From positions 1 through 31,000 of the forward strand of contig JBBRGI010000001.1 in the NCBI GenBank assembly GCA_038240855.1: a DNA stretch of 31,000 bases, written 5' to 3'. The notes below the pieces were generated by a model that was not told the origin of the DNA, did not search any database, and was given only the letters and a program-made list of their open reading frames with translations. Positions within the stretch are counted from its first letter, which is position 1. Each line of letters opens with the position of its first letter. Positions 1 to 10,414 of this stretch are shown here, piece by piece. Source of the stretch: Bacteroidales bacterium (GTDB taxonomy: Bacteria > Bacteroidota > Bacteroidia > Bacteroidales > Prolixibacteraceae). Both the position numbers and the translations under genes were made by a program.

Positions 1-2430
1 TTCAGTCAATCACCCCAATCCGACCTGAAATTGTGGTACACCAAACCTGCCAATCTTTGGGTCGAAGCCCTGCCATTAGGTAACGGACGTTTGGGCGCCA
101 TGGTTTTCGGCAATCCCTGGCGTGAGCGCATTCAGCTCAACGAAAATACCGTTTGGGCCGGAAGCCCATACCGGAACGATAATCCGGAAGCTTTGAACTC
201 ATTATCGGAAATCCGACAACTGATATTCGATGGTAAATATGATGAAGCCGAAAAGCTGGCCTGCAAAAAAATCACTTCACAGGGCGCTCACGGAATGCCC
301 TATCAAACCGTTGGAAATGTTTTTCTTTCGTTTCCAGGTCACGAAATGTTCAGCGATTATTACCGGGAACTGAATCTTCGAAATGCGGTGGCCACCACCA
401 CCTATCAGGTAGCCGGAACCACCTTTAAACGCGAAGTTTTTACTTCGTTTACCGATCAGGTGACGATCATTCGGATTACTGCCGACAAACCCGGGAAAAT
501 CAACTTCTCGGCTTCGATGGATCGGCCTGCCAAAGTGAATATTGCAACCGAAGGCAACGATAAATTAATCATGTCGGGCATTACCAGCGACCACGAGGGA
601 ATCAAAGGTGCCGTTAAATTTCAGACCATTGTGAAGATTGTACCCGAAGGTGGCAGCATTTCGTCCAGCGATCTGGCACTTAATGTCAGTAAGGCAAATA
701 GCGCTACCGTTTATATTTCGGTGGCTACCAACTTCAGAAATTATCAGGATATTTCAGGAAATCAGGCTCAAAAGGCAGAAGATATTCTGACTTCGGCGCT
801 TACAAAAGCTTATCCAACAGCTTTAGGCGATCATGTTGCAGCTTTTCAAAAAATGTTCAACCGGGTGGAACTCGATCTGGGAACTACCGATTCGATCCGC
901 AAACCCACCGATGTGCGTGTGAAAGAATTTGCCAAAGCCAACGACCCGCAAATGGCCGCTTTGTATTTTCAGTTTGGCCGTTACCTGCTAATCTGTTCCT
1001 CGCAGCCGGGTGGCCAGCCAGCTAACCTTCAGGGCATCTGGACTGATCAGCTTTTCCCGGCCTGGGACAGCAAATACACCGTGAGCATCAACACCGAAAT
1101 GAATTACTGGCCATCGGAAATTACCAACCTCACCGAAACCAATGAGCCACTGGTGCAGATGCTGAAAGACCTTTCGGTAACCGGACAGCAAACCGCAAAA
1201 ACCATGTACAATGCCAACGGCTGGGTACTTCACCACAACACCGATTTATGGCGTTTCAACGGTGCCATCGACGGTGCTCCGGGGCTTTGGCCAACAGGCG
1301 CAGCGTGGCTTTGTCAGCACCTTTGGGAAAAATATAAATTTAATGGCGATGTTGAATATTTAAAGTCGGTGTATCCCGTAATGAAAGGTGCTGCACAGTT
1401 CTTTCAGGATTTTTTAACCGAAGAACCGGTACACAAATGGCTGGTAGTCAGTCCTTCCATTTCTCCTGAAAACGCACCTTACAGCATTCGTCAGAAATGG
1501 GTTTGCATTACCGCCGGAACCACGATGGATAATTTACTGGTGTACGATTTGTTCACCAAAACCATTAAAGCTGCGGAGATTTTAAAAACCGATAAAGAGT
1601 TGGTGAAATCGCTTCAGGGTTTGACTAAACGCCTGCCTCCGATGCAGATCGGGCAATACAGCCAGTTGCAGGAATGGATGGAAGATTGGGACAATCCGAA
1701 AGACCAGCACCGCCACGTTTCGCATTTGTACGGTGTGTATCCCGGAAACCTGATTTCGCCTTACCGCACACCCGAACTTTTTGACGCCGCCCGCACTTCG
1801 CTCATATACCGTGGCGATGCTTCAACCGGCTGGTCGATGGGCTGGAAAATCAACCTCTGGGCTCGTTTTCAGGATGGAAACCATACCTATAAATTGCTGA
1901 CTGACCAGATTCATTTGATTGAACCTACCGATCAGAACCGGGGATGGAACAATGAAAACGGCGGTACTTATCCTAACCTGTTCGATGCTTGTCCGCCTTT
2001 TCAGATTGACGGGAATTTTGGCTGCACTGCCGGTATTGCCGAAATGTTGCTTCAAAGTTACGATGGTGCAATCTTTCCCCTACCCGCTTTGCCCGAGGTA
2101 TGGAAAAACGGAAGCATCAGCGGATTAAGAGCTGCCGGTGGCTTTGAGGTTGCTATGGAATGGAAAAATAATGAGTTGACCAAACTGGTGATCAAATCGG
2201 CCCTGGGAGGAAACTGCCGTTTGCGACTGGCTGGCGATCTGAATTCAACTTCAGGAGTTAATGTAAAACCGTCCAAAGGCGAAAACCTGAATCCGTTTTA
2301 TGCTACTCCGGTCGTAGCAAAACCCATTATTTCGGGAAAAGCAAAGCTGAATAAGCTGACCTTGAAACCAACCCAACTGGTTGAATTTGCTACCAAACCG
2401 GGTGGCGTGTATGAATTTGTAAAAAAGTAA
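1..2430 (+). CDS. GH95 alpha-L-fucosidase/alpha-L-galactosidase-like enzyme, 5'-truncated by window edge
   Basis: Frame 1 is open from base 1 ([13 protein letters not shown]...), so the TTG at 31 is not the real start. GH95 motifs: [60 protein letters not shown]. Confidence 0.93.
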   Translation, partial: FSQSPQSDLKLWYTKPANLWVEALPLGNGRLGAMVFGNPWRERIQLNENTVWAGSPYRNDNPEALNSLSEIRQLIFDGKYDEAEKLACKKITSQGAHGMPYQTVGNVFLSFPGHEMFSDYYRELNLRNAVATTTYQVAGTTFKREVFTSFTDQVTIIRITADKPGKINFSASMDRPAKVNIATEGNDKLIMSGITSDHEGIKGAVKFQTIVKIVPEGGSISSSDLALNVSKANSATVYISVATNFRNYQDISGNQAQKAEDILTSALTKAYPTALGDHVAAFQKMFNRVELDLGTTDSIRKPTDVRVKEFAKANDPQMAALYFQFGRYLLICSSQPGGQPANLQGIWTDQLFPAWDSKYTVSINTEMNYWPSEITNLTETNEPLVQMLKDLSVTGQQTAKTMYNANGWVLHHNTDLWRFNGAIDGAPGLWPTGAAWLCQHLWEKYKFNGDVEYLKSVYPVMKGAAQFFQDFLTEEPVHKWLVVSPSISPENAPYSIRQKWVCITAGTTMDNLLVYDLFTKTIKAAEILKTDKELVKSLQGLTKRLPPMQIGQYSQLQEWMEDWDNPKDQHRHVSHLYGVYPGNLISPYRTPELFDAARTSLIYRGDASTGWSMGWKINLWARFQDGNHTYKLLTDQIHLIEPTDQNRGWNNENGGTYPNLFDACPPFQIDGNFGCTAGIAEMLLQSYDGAIFPLPALPEVWKNGSISGLRAAGGFEVAMEWKNNELTKLVIKSALGGNCRLRLAGDLNSTSGVNVKPSKGENLNPFYATPVVAKPIISGKAKLNKLTLKPTQLVEFATKPGGVYEFVKK

Positions 2431-2441
2431 ATGTTGAATCA

Positions 2442-3521
2442 ATGAACGTAAAATTTGTATTGATATTTGTTTTTTTCGTCCTGGGCTTCAATGTGAACGC
2501 TCAAAATACCTCTTTGGATTTCACCCGGCTCATTCCTGAACATCCTGAAAAACACATTTTTTCGATGCCCGGATACAATGTGTGGTGCAATGGCGTGGTG
2601 AAAGGTGATGACGGGAAATACCATATGTTCTTTTCGCGCTGGCCTAAAGCCCGTGGATTTGATGCCTGGGTCACCCATTCCGAAATTGCCCATGCCGTTT
2701 CCGATAATCTTTTTGGCCCTTATCACTTTTCTGATGTTTGTTTGCCTGCCCGTGGAAATCAATACTGGGATGGAGCCATGACCCATAACCCGCATGTGAT
2801 GAGGTACAACGGGAAATGCTATTTGTATTACACCGCCAACAAAGGCAGCGGATATTGGAATACCACCGCCGATACAGTGAAACCCCGGATGACGCATCCC
2901 GAATGGTGGGTGAACCGCAACAATCAGCGGGTTGGCGTTGCGGTGGCCGATAGCCCGTATGGTCCGTGGGAACGGTTCGACAAACCATTGATCGACATTA
3001 CACCCGGACGACGCACCACCGGGGTTCCTACCGTATTTCAGCGGCCTGATTGCAAATTCTCGCTGGCCTATAAATCGGTGATGGAAAAAGAAGGCTACAA
3101 AGGCGGTGCTGTAAAGCATTACATCTCGCTTTCCGATTCGCCGATGGGTCCATTTAAAGATTACGACAAGCCTTTTATCACTTCACCAAAATCCGATTTT
3201 CCGATCGACGATCATGTGGAGTGGTTTCAGGATGGAAAATATTACTGCATCGCCAAGGATCACGGCGATATGATTACCGAGCATGGCATCGCACTTTTAT
3301 TGTTCGAATCAGCCAACGGATTGGACTGGACGTTGTCGGCCAATTCATTGGTGCATAAATTCAGCATTACGTTTAAGGATGGCGAACACATGGAATTCGA
3401 CCGTTTTGAAATGCCCAAGGTTTACCTGGAAAACGGGAAAGTGGTTGCTTTGTTTCTGGCTGCCAAAACCAAAGGAAAGGAAGATTCGTTTTCGGTAGTG
3501 TTGCCGGTAACTTATAAATGA
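2442..3521 (+). CDS. Secreted five-bladed beta-propeller glycoside hydrolase (GH43/GH117-like clan), specificity unknown
   Basis: Signal peptide; motifs [51 protein letters not shown] are typical of Bacteroidetes GH43-like propellers. Confidence 0.7.
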   Translation: MNVKFVLIFVFFVLGFNVNAQNTSLDFTRLIPEHPEKHIFSMPGYNVWCNGVVKGDDGKYHMFFSRWPKARGFDAWVTHSEIAHAVSDNLFGPYHFSDVCLPARGNQYWDGAMTHNPHVMRYNGKCYLYYTANKGSGYWNTTADTVKPRMTHPEWWVNRNNQRVGVAVADSPYGPWERFDKPLIDITPGRRTTGVPTVFQRPDCKFSLAYKSVMEKEGYKGGAVKHYISLSDSPMGPFKDYDKPFITSPKSDFPIDDHVEWFQDGKYYCIAKDHGDMITEHGIALLLFESANGLDWTLSANSLVHKFSITFKDGEHMEFDRFEMPKVYLENGKVVALFLAAKTKGKEDSFSVVLPVTYK

Positions 3522-3529
3522 TTGTTAAA

Positions 3530-5707
3530 ATGAAAAAAATACAATTGACACTTTTCTTGATGCTGTTTTGTTCGGTTTGGATCCATGCCAAATCAACCGA
3601 TAACGAATTAAAACTCTGGTACACCCAACCGGCCTCAAAATGGCTCGAAGCTTTACCAATCGGCAATGGCAGCCTTGGCGGAATGATTTTCGGTGGGGTG
3701 GAGCAGGAGCATATTCAGTTTAACGAAGAAAGCCTCATTACCGGAACCACCCAAACCGTTGGCTATTATCAGCCATTCGGCGATGTTTATCTCGATTTTT
3801 CCGGATTAAATTCCGAAAGTTATACCCGCGAACTGGATTTGAATAAGGGCATTCATCGGGTGAATTTTAAATCCAATGGCGTTAACTACCTGCGCGAATG
3901 CTTTGCCAGTTATCCTGATAAAGTTATTGTGTTGCGCCTCACCGCCAGCAAAAAAGGCATGATTTCAGGAAAAATCCGACTCAGCGATGCGCATCAGGCT
4001 GCAATTTCTGTTTCAGGAAATAAAATTATGGCTTCAGGCAAACTTACCGAAAACCAGATGGAATACGAATCGCAGATCCTGGTTCTGAATAAAGACGGAA
4101 AAATAACCTCCGATGCCACGGGAATTACGGTTCAGGGAGCCTCGGAGGTAACGGTTTTGCTCGCCGCTGGCACATCCTTTCTGAACGATTATCGCAAAGA
4201 TTTCAAAGGCGAACATCCTCATGCTGCCTTGACCAAACGTCTGTCAGATGCTTCGGCAAAATCGTATCAGCAACTTCGGAAAAATCAAGTAGCCGATTAC
4301 CAGGAATTGTTTAACCGTGTGAACCTCAATTTGGGTGCTACGCCCGGTCAGCCCACCATCGACCGCCTGAATGCCCATAAAAACGGGGTGAAAGACCCGG
4401 CACTCGAAGCCTTGCTGTTTCAGTACGGCCGCTATCTGCTGATCAGTTCGTCGCGCCCCGGAAGCCTGCCTGCCAACCTTCAGGGAATCTGGAACAACGA
4501 AACCAAGCCGGCCTGGTACTCGCAATACACCACCAACATCAACGTCGAAATGAATTACTGGCCAGCCGAGCAAACCGCTTTGCCGGAGTGCCATATGCCG
4601 CTGTTCGACTGGATCGAAAATTTTGCCGCGGTTCAGAAAAAATCGACCGATCCAAAGCTTCAAACCAAACGCGGCTGGATTTGTTACAGCACCAACAACA
4701 TCATGGGCGGCCCGTCAACCTGGGGAATTCACCGGCCGGGAAGCGCCTGGCTGAGCCAACATTTCTGGGAACATTACGCGTTTACCGGCGATCCGCAATT
4801 CCTGAAAACCCGGGCATACCCGATGCTGAAAGATGTTTCGGGCTATTGGGAAGACCATTTGATTGAAAGCAAAGAAGGCAAACTGATTACCCCCGATGGC
4901 TGGTCGCCCGAACATGGCCCCGGAAATGTGGAAGGCGACCGCACTCCCTATCCCGGCGTTTCGTACGATCAGCAAATTGTGTACGACCTGTTCAGCAATT
5001 GCATCGAGGCGGCAGAGGCACTGGGCGCAGATGCCGATTACAGCAAGGAGCTCACCGCGAAGCGAAACCGCTTGCTGGGTCCGCAAATTGGTAAGTGGGG
5101 ACAGTTGCAGGAATGGATGGAAGATGTTGATTTGCAGGATGACCACCACCGCCACAATTCGCATTTGTTTGCAGTTCATCCCGGAAGGCAGATCAGCCCG
5201 CTGACAACGCCCGGTTTTGCCAAGGCCGCCATGGTTTCGCTTAATGCCCGTGGCGATATCAGCACCGGTTGGAGCACCGCCTGGAAAATAAACCTCTTTG
5301 CACGTTTGGGCGAGGGTAACCGCTCTTACGATTTAATCCGCCAGCTTTTCCGGCAGTGCATCGTCGAAAATCTGTTCGACACGCATCCTCCATTTCAAAT
5401 GGACGGAAACTTTGGCTACACTTCGGGCGTGGCCGAAATGTTGCTCCAAAGCCAGATTAAAGAGGGAAATCATTATATCCTTCAACTGCTGCCAGCTTTG
5501 CCCGATGCGTGGATTAACGGCGAAGTAAAAGGCCTGAGGGCACGCGGTGGTTTTGTGGTGGATATGAAATGGAAGAACGGGAAATTGATCGACTGCAAAG
5601 TGAAATCATTGCTGGGAAACGACTTGAAAGTTGTTTACAACGGTAAGAAATTCATGGTAAACACTGTAAAAGATAAAATCTATATTCCTGACACGGTTTT
5701 AAATTAA
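3530..5707 (+). CDS. GH95 alpha-L-fucosidase (second copy)
   Basis: ORF track starts at 3518; MKKIQL at 3530 gives a cleaner signal peptide. Canonical motifs [37 protein letters not shown]. Confidence 0.93.
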   Translation: MKKIQLTLFLMLFCSVWIHAKSTDNELKLWYTQPASKWLEALPIGNGSLGGMIFGGVEQEHIQFNEESLITGTTQTVGYYQPFGDVYLDFSGLNSESYTRELDLNKGIHRVNFKSNGVNYLRECFASYPDKVIVLRLTASKKGMISGKIRLSDAHQAAISVSGNKIMASGKLTENQMEYESQILVLNKDGKITSDATGITVQGASEVTVLLAAGTSFLNDYRKDFKGEHPHAALTKRLSDASAKSYQQLRKNQVADYQELFNRVNLNLGATPGQPTIDRLNAHKNGVKDPALEALLFQYGRYLLISSSRPGSLPANLQGIWNNETKPAWYSQYTTNINVEMNYWPAEQTALPECHMPLFDWIENFAAVQKKSTDPKLQTKRGWICYSTNNIMGGPSTWGIHRPGSAWLSQHFWEHYAFTGDPQFLKTRAYPMLKDVSGYWEDHLIESKEGKLITPDGWSPEHGPGNVEGDRTPYPGVSYDQQIVYDLFSNCIEAAEALGADADYSKELTAKRNRLLGPQIGKWGQLQEWMEDVDLQDDHHRHNSHLFAVHPGRQISPLTTPGFAKAAMVSLNARGDISTGWSTAWKINLFARLGEGNRSYDLIRQLFRQCIVENLFDTHPPFQMDGNFGYTSGVAEMLLQSQIKEGNHYILQLLPALPDAWINGEVKGLRARGGFVVDMKWKNGKLIDCKVKSLLGNDLKVVYNGKKFMVNTVKDKIYIPDTVLN

Positions 5708-5715
5708 ACTTCTGA

Positions 5716-7152
5716 ATGCAGCCTTTCCGGATAAAATTATCGCCCTTTGTATGCCTTGCCTGTTTGGTGAGTCTTTCTTCGCTTTCGACCCAAGCCCAAA
5801 ATCCTGTGGTTGATAAGCAAAGCCTCATCGCTGCCAGCCAGGCCGGGGCAAGTCCGCTGTATTTTTATCCTGAAGCGTTTGATTGGCCGGGTATTCAGCC
5901 TTCAGGCTTTAGCAATCTCGTTGAATTCAACGAGAGGGATGGGTTGCCCAATTTTTTCAATAAACTGAAATCGAATAAACCTGTCATCATCGGGTACCTG
6001 GGCGGAAGCATTACACGTGCCGACAATCAATACCGGGTGCAATCGGCAAAGTTTGTACAAAGGCTGTTTCCAAAAGCCAAAATCACCGGCATCAATGCAG
6101 GCGTTTCGGGAACCGGAACCGATTTGGGAGCCTGCCGACTGCACGAACAACTGCTGAAATACAATCCCGACCTGGTTTTTGTGGAGTTTGCCGTAAATGG
6201 TGCTTTTGCCGAAGGTATGGAAGGAATTATTCGGCAGATATGGAAGTTTAATTCCAAAATTGACATTTGCCTCATTTACACCATTACCGATGGATTGGGA
6301 AAGATTTATGCCGGTGGTGGAGTTCCGCAGCACATCGCCAAACTGGATCAACTTGCCGGACATTATGACATTCCATCCATCCATTTGGGCATGGAAGCCG
6401 CTTTTCTGGAAAAAGATAATAAGCTGATCTGGAAAGGAAATCCCGATCAGGCGAAAGATAAAATTGTTTTCTCTGCCGATGGGGTTCATCCCTTGCAAGC
6501 GGGCGGAAACCTCTATGCAGAAGCCATCGCCAGGGCCATCATAAAAATGAAAAACCAGCATTCTCCCCAAAAGCATTCTTTGCCAAAGCCATTGCTGCCC
6601 GACAACTGGGAGGATGCCAAAATGCTGGATCCTATGCAATTTACTTCGTTCAGTGGAGCCTGGGAAAAAATCAATCCGTCAGGGATCGACTACTTAAATC
6701 AGTTTGCAGGATGGTTTCCTTATTTGATGAAAGCCGAAAAGCCGGGTGCATCGTTTTCATTTCAGTTCGAAGGAAATATGTTCGGACTGTTTGATATTGG
6801 TGGCCCGGAGGTAGGTCAACTCGAAATTGAACTGGATGGCGCGAAAGTGAACTTAAAGCACTTGAACGCAGAGAACTATGAGGTAACAACAGACACCTCA
6901 ACCATTAAATTCATCAACCGTTTTAACCGGTTTTGCAATAACCGCTATCGTGGTCAATGTGCTTTTATCAAGGTCCGTCCGGGTAAACATCAGGTAAAAA
7001 TAATTATTTCAGAAATTATTCCCGACAAGAACAGAATTTTGGGTGAAAACCAATTAGTCGATATCACCGAACACCCGGAGAAATACAACCGTACGGTAGA
7101 ATACCTTGGGGAAATACTTATCCGAGGTGAGCTTTTAAAAATAAAGAATTGA
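5716..7152 (+). CDS. SGNH/GDSL hydrolase (putative carbohydrate esterase) with C-terminal beta domain
   Basis: Block I YLGGSIT, block II GVSGTG, block III EFAVNG, block V DGVHP; N-terminal signal peptide. Confidence 0.85.
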   Translation: MQPFRIKLSPFVCLACLVSLSSLSTQAQNPVVDKQSLIAASQAGASPLYFYPEAFDWPGIQPSGFSNLVEFNERDGLPNFFNKLKSNKPVIIGYLGGSITRADNQYRVQSAKFVQRLFPKAKITGINAGVSGTGTDLGACRLHEQLLKYNPDLVFVEFAVNGAFAEGMEGIIRQIWKFNSKIDICLIYTITDGLGKIYAGGGVPQHIAKLDQLAGHYDIPSIHLGMEAAFLEKDNKLIWKGNPDQAKDKIVFSADGVHPLQAGGNLYAEAIARAIIKMKNQHSPQKHSLPKPLLPDNWEDAKMLDPMQFTSFSGAWEKINPSGIDYLNQFAGWFPYLMKAEKPGASFSFQFEGNMFGLFDIGGPEVGQLEIELDGAKVNLKHLNAENYEVTTDTSTIKFINRFNRFCNNRYRGQCAFIKVRPGKHQVKIIISEIIPDKNRILGENQLVDITEHPEKYNRTVEYLGEILIRGELLKIKN

Positions 7153-7171
7153 TAGTATAATTTTTAGGGAA

Positions 7172-7894
7172 ATGAAACGATTATTAATGCCATTTTTATT
7201 CTTCTTAACCTTGGCAGTTCATGGACAAACCAAGGGTCTATTACAAAACGAACAGTCTTCTTATTTAATTAATTTGAAAAGCGAGTTGCAGGTTGAATGG
7301 CCAAAAAACCGAACCATCAACATTGTATTCCATGGTCATAGTGTTCCTTCCGGATACTTTAAAACGCCGTTGGTAAATACAATGGGGGCATATCCAAATT
7401 TGTTTCTGAAAAAATTGAAAGCAATCTATCCGTTTGCAGTGGTAAATGTTATTGTAACCGCCATTGGTGGTGAAAATTCGGTGAAAGGGGCAGCACGTTT
7501 TGAAAGTGATGTGCTCATTCATAAACCCGATATTGTGCTGATTGATTATGCATTAAACGATCGTAATGTTGGATCGGATAAAGCAAATGCTGCTTGGACG
7601 CAAATGATAAAACAAGCGAAAGATCGGGGAATTAAAGTGATTTTGTTAACTCCTTCTCCGGACCAAAGCGTGAACTATGCTGATCCGGATAACGAGCTGA
7701 ATAAACATGCGGATCAGATACGTCGTTTAGCAGAAGAGAATCAAGTTGGTCTGGTTGACAGCTATAAAGCATTTGAATTCCTTTATCAGGATAAGGAAAA
7801 ACTCAGTAAATACATGGCTCAGGTCAATCATCCCAACGAATTAGGGCATGAACTCATTGCTGAGGAGATTTTAAAATGGTTTCAAATAAAGTAA
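7172..7894 (+). CDS. Small secreted SGNH hydrolase, copy A
   Basis: FHGHSVP (block I Ser), AIGGENS, DYALND, NHPNELGH; signal peptide. Confidence 0.85.
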   Translation: MKRLLMPFLFFLTLAVHGQTKGLLQNEQSSYLINLKSELQVEWPKNRTINIVFHGHSVPSGYFKTPLVNTMGAYPNLFLKKLKAIYPFAVVNVIVTAIGGENSVKGAARFESDVLIHKPDIVLIDYALNDRNVGSDKANAAWTQMIKQAKDRGIKVILLTPSPDQSVNYADPDNELNKHADQIRRLAEENQVGLVDSYKAFEFLYQDKEKLSKYMAQVNHPNELGHELIAEEILKWFQIK

Positions 7895-7899
7895 AAAAC

Positions 7900-9609
7900 A
7901 TGAAAAAATTAGGATGCTTACTTTTATTTTTTTTTCTAATACAGACCATTGTGTCTTCCCAAAACCTGAAACATCCCGAGGAATCCCTTCCGATGGCTAA
8001 AGTTCCGGTAGAAATAGCGTCAGGCCCATGTGAACCCACGTGGAAATCGTTGGGCGATAACTTTAGATCGCCTGCCTGGTTTCGTCAGGCTAAAATCGGG
8101 ATGTGGTTGCATTGGGGGCCCCAGTCTATCGGTGAAGACGGCGACTGGTATGCCAAGTGGATTTATATGCCTCAGTCTGCCTGGCGCGATTACACACGGG
8201 TCTATCCCCATCATCTTGAACGGGTCGGTCATCCCAGCAAATATGGGTATAAAGACATGCTCCCGTTGTGGAAAGCCGAAAAGTGGGATCCCGACAAACT
8301 GATGGCCTTGTACAAACGTGCCGGAGCCCGCTATGTAATTGCCCAGGGGATGCACCACGACAATTTTGATCTCTGGAACTCCAAATACCAACCTTGGAAC
8401 TCTGTTAAAATTGGCCCGAAACGCGATATTGTCGGCGGATGGAAAGCAGCCGCGGATAAAGAAGGAATGAAATTCGGCATCGCCTTTCATGGCGATTATT
8501 CGCTTTTCTGGTTTCAACCGGCTTTCCTTAGCGACCTGGAAGGACCGATGAAAGGTGTGCCTTACGATGGCGCTCAAAACTACGATGGCAAAGATACCTG
8601 GTGGAAAAGGATGGGACTCGACTTGAAAGATCTCTATGGTATTGATTTGAAAGAGGATGTGGTTTATCCGGCTGATTTTAAAGGCGATTCGGTGGCTTTC
8701 CGGATGAAAGACCCACTGTCTCATGGCATTCCCGATGGTAACCTGAAAAAGAACATCGACTTTGCCCGATGGTACTGCACCAAATGGACCAACCGGGTAG
8801 TGGATGCCATCGACCAGTTTTCGCCCGATTTTATCTATTTCGACGGAGGAGGCAGTTACCCATTTTGTGGTTGGTTCACCGGTCGGGGCTACCGGTCTGA
8901 TGCTACACCTCGCGTAATAGCACATTTGTACAATAAAAATATGCAGAAGAATGGCGGTAAACTGGAAGCCATGGCCTTCACCAAAGGTAATGAAGATCAT
9001 CGTGCAATCGCCGTGAATGTGGAGTCGCGCTTCCCTGAAGGAATTAAAAAAGATCAGCCCTGGCAAACCGAAGTTGGTATGGGCGAGTGGTTCTACTTCA
9101 AAGGAACTTTTTACGAAAGCGGCATGGTCATTCACCAAATGCTGGAAGCCATTTCGCGCGATGGGAATTATGTGATCAACATCCCTCTGACCCCTTCAGG
9201 AGAATTGGATCCGGGCGGTGAACAAACCCTGAAAGATATGGGCGACTGGATGGACATCAACGGCGAAGGAATCTACAACTCTTCAGCATGGAAGGTTTGG
9301 GGCGAAGGGAAAATAGTGATGGAACGTGGGAACCTGGGGCCCAAACAGGCTGCAACTCCTTACACCTCTGAAAACATTCGCTTTACAGTGAACAACGGCA
9401 ACCTCTATGCCTGGCTCATGGCCTGGCCAACTGACAACAAGGTGGTTGTGAAATCGCTTCCGTTATCCTCCGGAAAAATAACTGCTGTGGTCTTGCTGGG
9501 CAGCAAGGAAAAGCTGAAATGGAAACAAACCGAAAAAGGATTGGAAGTAACCTTGCCAGCCAAACAGCCCTGCAAATTTGCTTTTGGATTGAAAATAAAG
9601 GAAATGTAG
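7900..9609 (+). CDS. GH29 alpha-L-fucosidase family protein
   Basis: ORF track starts at 7876; MKKLGC at 7900 is more likely. Motifs WFRQAKIGMWLHWGP, HHDNFDLWNS, FIYFDGG (nucleophile Asp), PWQT, DGNYVINIP, WMDINGEGIY. Confidence 0.9.
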   Translation: MKKLGCLLLFFFLIQTIVSSQNLKHPEESLPMAKVPVEIASGPCEPTWKSLGDNFRSPAWFRQAKIGMWLHWGPQSIGEDGDWYAKWIYMPQSAWRDYTRVYPHHLERVGHPSKYGYKDMLPLWKAEKWDPDKLMALYKRAGARYVIAQGMHHDNFDLWNSKYQPWNSVKIGPKRDIVGGWKAAADKEGMKFGIAFHGDYSLFWFQPAFLSDLEGPMKGVPYDGAQNYDGKDTWWKRMGLDLKDLYGIDLKEDVVYPADFKGDSVAFRMKDPLSHGIPDGNLKKNIDFARWYCTKWTNRVVDAIDQFSPDFIYFDGGGSYPFCGWFTGRGYRSDATPRVIAHLYNKNMQKNGGKLEAMAFTKGNEDHRAIAVNVESRFPEGIKKDQPWQTEVGMGEWFYFKGTFYESGMVIHQMLEAISRDGNYVINIPLTPSGELDPGGEQTLKDMGDWMDINGEGIYNSSAWKVWGEGKIVMERGNLGPKQAATPYTSENIRFTVNNGNLYAWLMAWPTDNKVVVKSLPLSSGKITAVVLLGSKEKLKWKQTEKGLEVTLPAKQPCKFAFGLKIKEM

Positions 9610-9666
9610 TAAAAAACTTTAGAAAATAAACTAATCAAATAAAACCGTTAAATGGAAGGGAATAAG

Positions 9667-10383
9667 ATGAAAAAACTATTTTTCACATTGCTAATTTTAA
9701 TATCCATTATCACAAGAGGTCAGAAGATTGAACCAATCTTAGCAAATAATGCAACCTATTTAGTTGATTTGAAAAAGGAGTTGCAGGTTGAGTGGCCAAA
9801 AAACCGAACCATCAACATTGTATTACATGGTCATAGTGTTCCTTCTGGATACTTTAAAACGCCGTTGGTAAATACAATGGGGGCCTATCCCTATTTGTTC
9901 TTTAAAAAGCTGAAAGCAATCTATCCGTTTGCAGTGGTGAATGTCATTGTAACCGCCATTGGTGGTGAGAATTCGGTGAAAGGGGCAGCACGTTTTGAAA
10001 GCGATGTGCTCATTCATAAACCCGATGTTTTGCTGATCGATTATGCATTAAACGATCGAAATGTTGGACTAGAGAAAGCAAATGCGGCCTGGACTCAAAT
10101 GATAAATCAAGCGAAAGCTCTGGGAATAAAGGTAATTTTACTGACGCCATCTCCAGACCAAAGTGTCAATTATGCCGATCCTGATAACGAACTTAAAAAG
10201 CATGCCGATCAAATTCGTCGGTTGGCCGAAGAAAATCAGGTAGGTCTGGCAGACAGCTATCAAGCGTTTGAATTTCTCTATTCAGACAAAAAGAAACTCG
10301 GCAAATACATGTCCCAGATCAATCATCCCAACGAATTGGGGCATGAATTGATTGTAGAAGAAATTATAAAATGGTTTAAATAA
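9667..10383 (+). CDS. Small secreted SGNH hydrolase, copy B (paralog of 7172..7894)
   Basis: ORF track starts at 9652; MKKLFF at 9667. 20 differences in 200 aligned residues versus copy A (hand count). Confidence 0.85.
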   Translation: MKKLFFTLLILISIITRGQKIEPILANNATYLVDLKKELQVEWPKNRTINIVLHGHSVPSGYFKTPLVNTMGAYPYLFFKKLKAIYPFAVVNVIVTAIGGENSVKGAARFESDVLIHKPDVLLIDYALNDRNVGLEKANAAWTQMINQAKALGIKVILLTPSPDQSVNYADPDNELKKHADQIRRLAEENQVGLADSYQAFEFLYSDKKKLGKYMSQINHPNELGHELIVEEIIKWFK

Positions 10384-10414
10384 ATAGTGCGATAACAAAT
10401 AAAAAAAATCAGTC

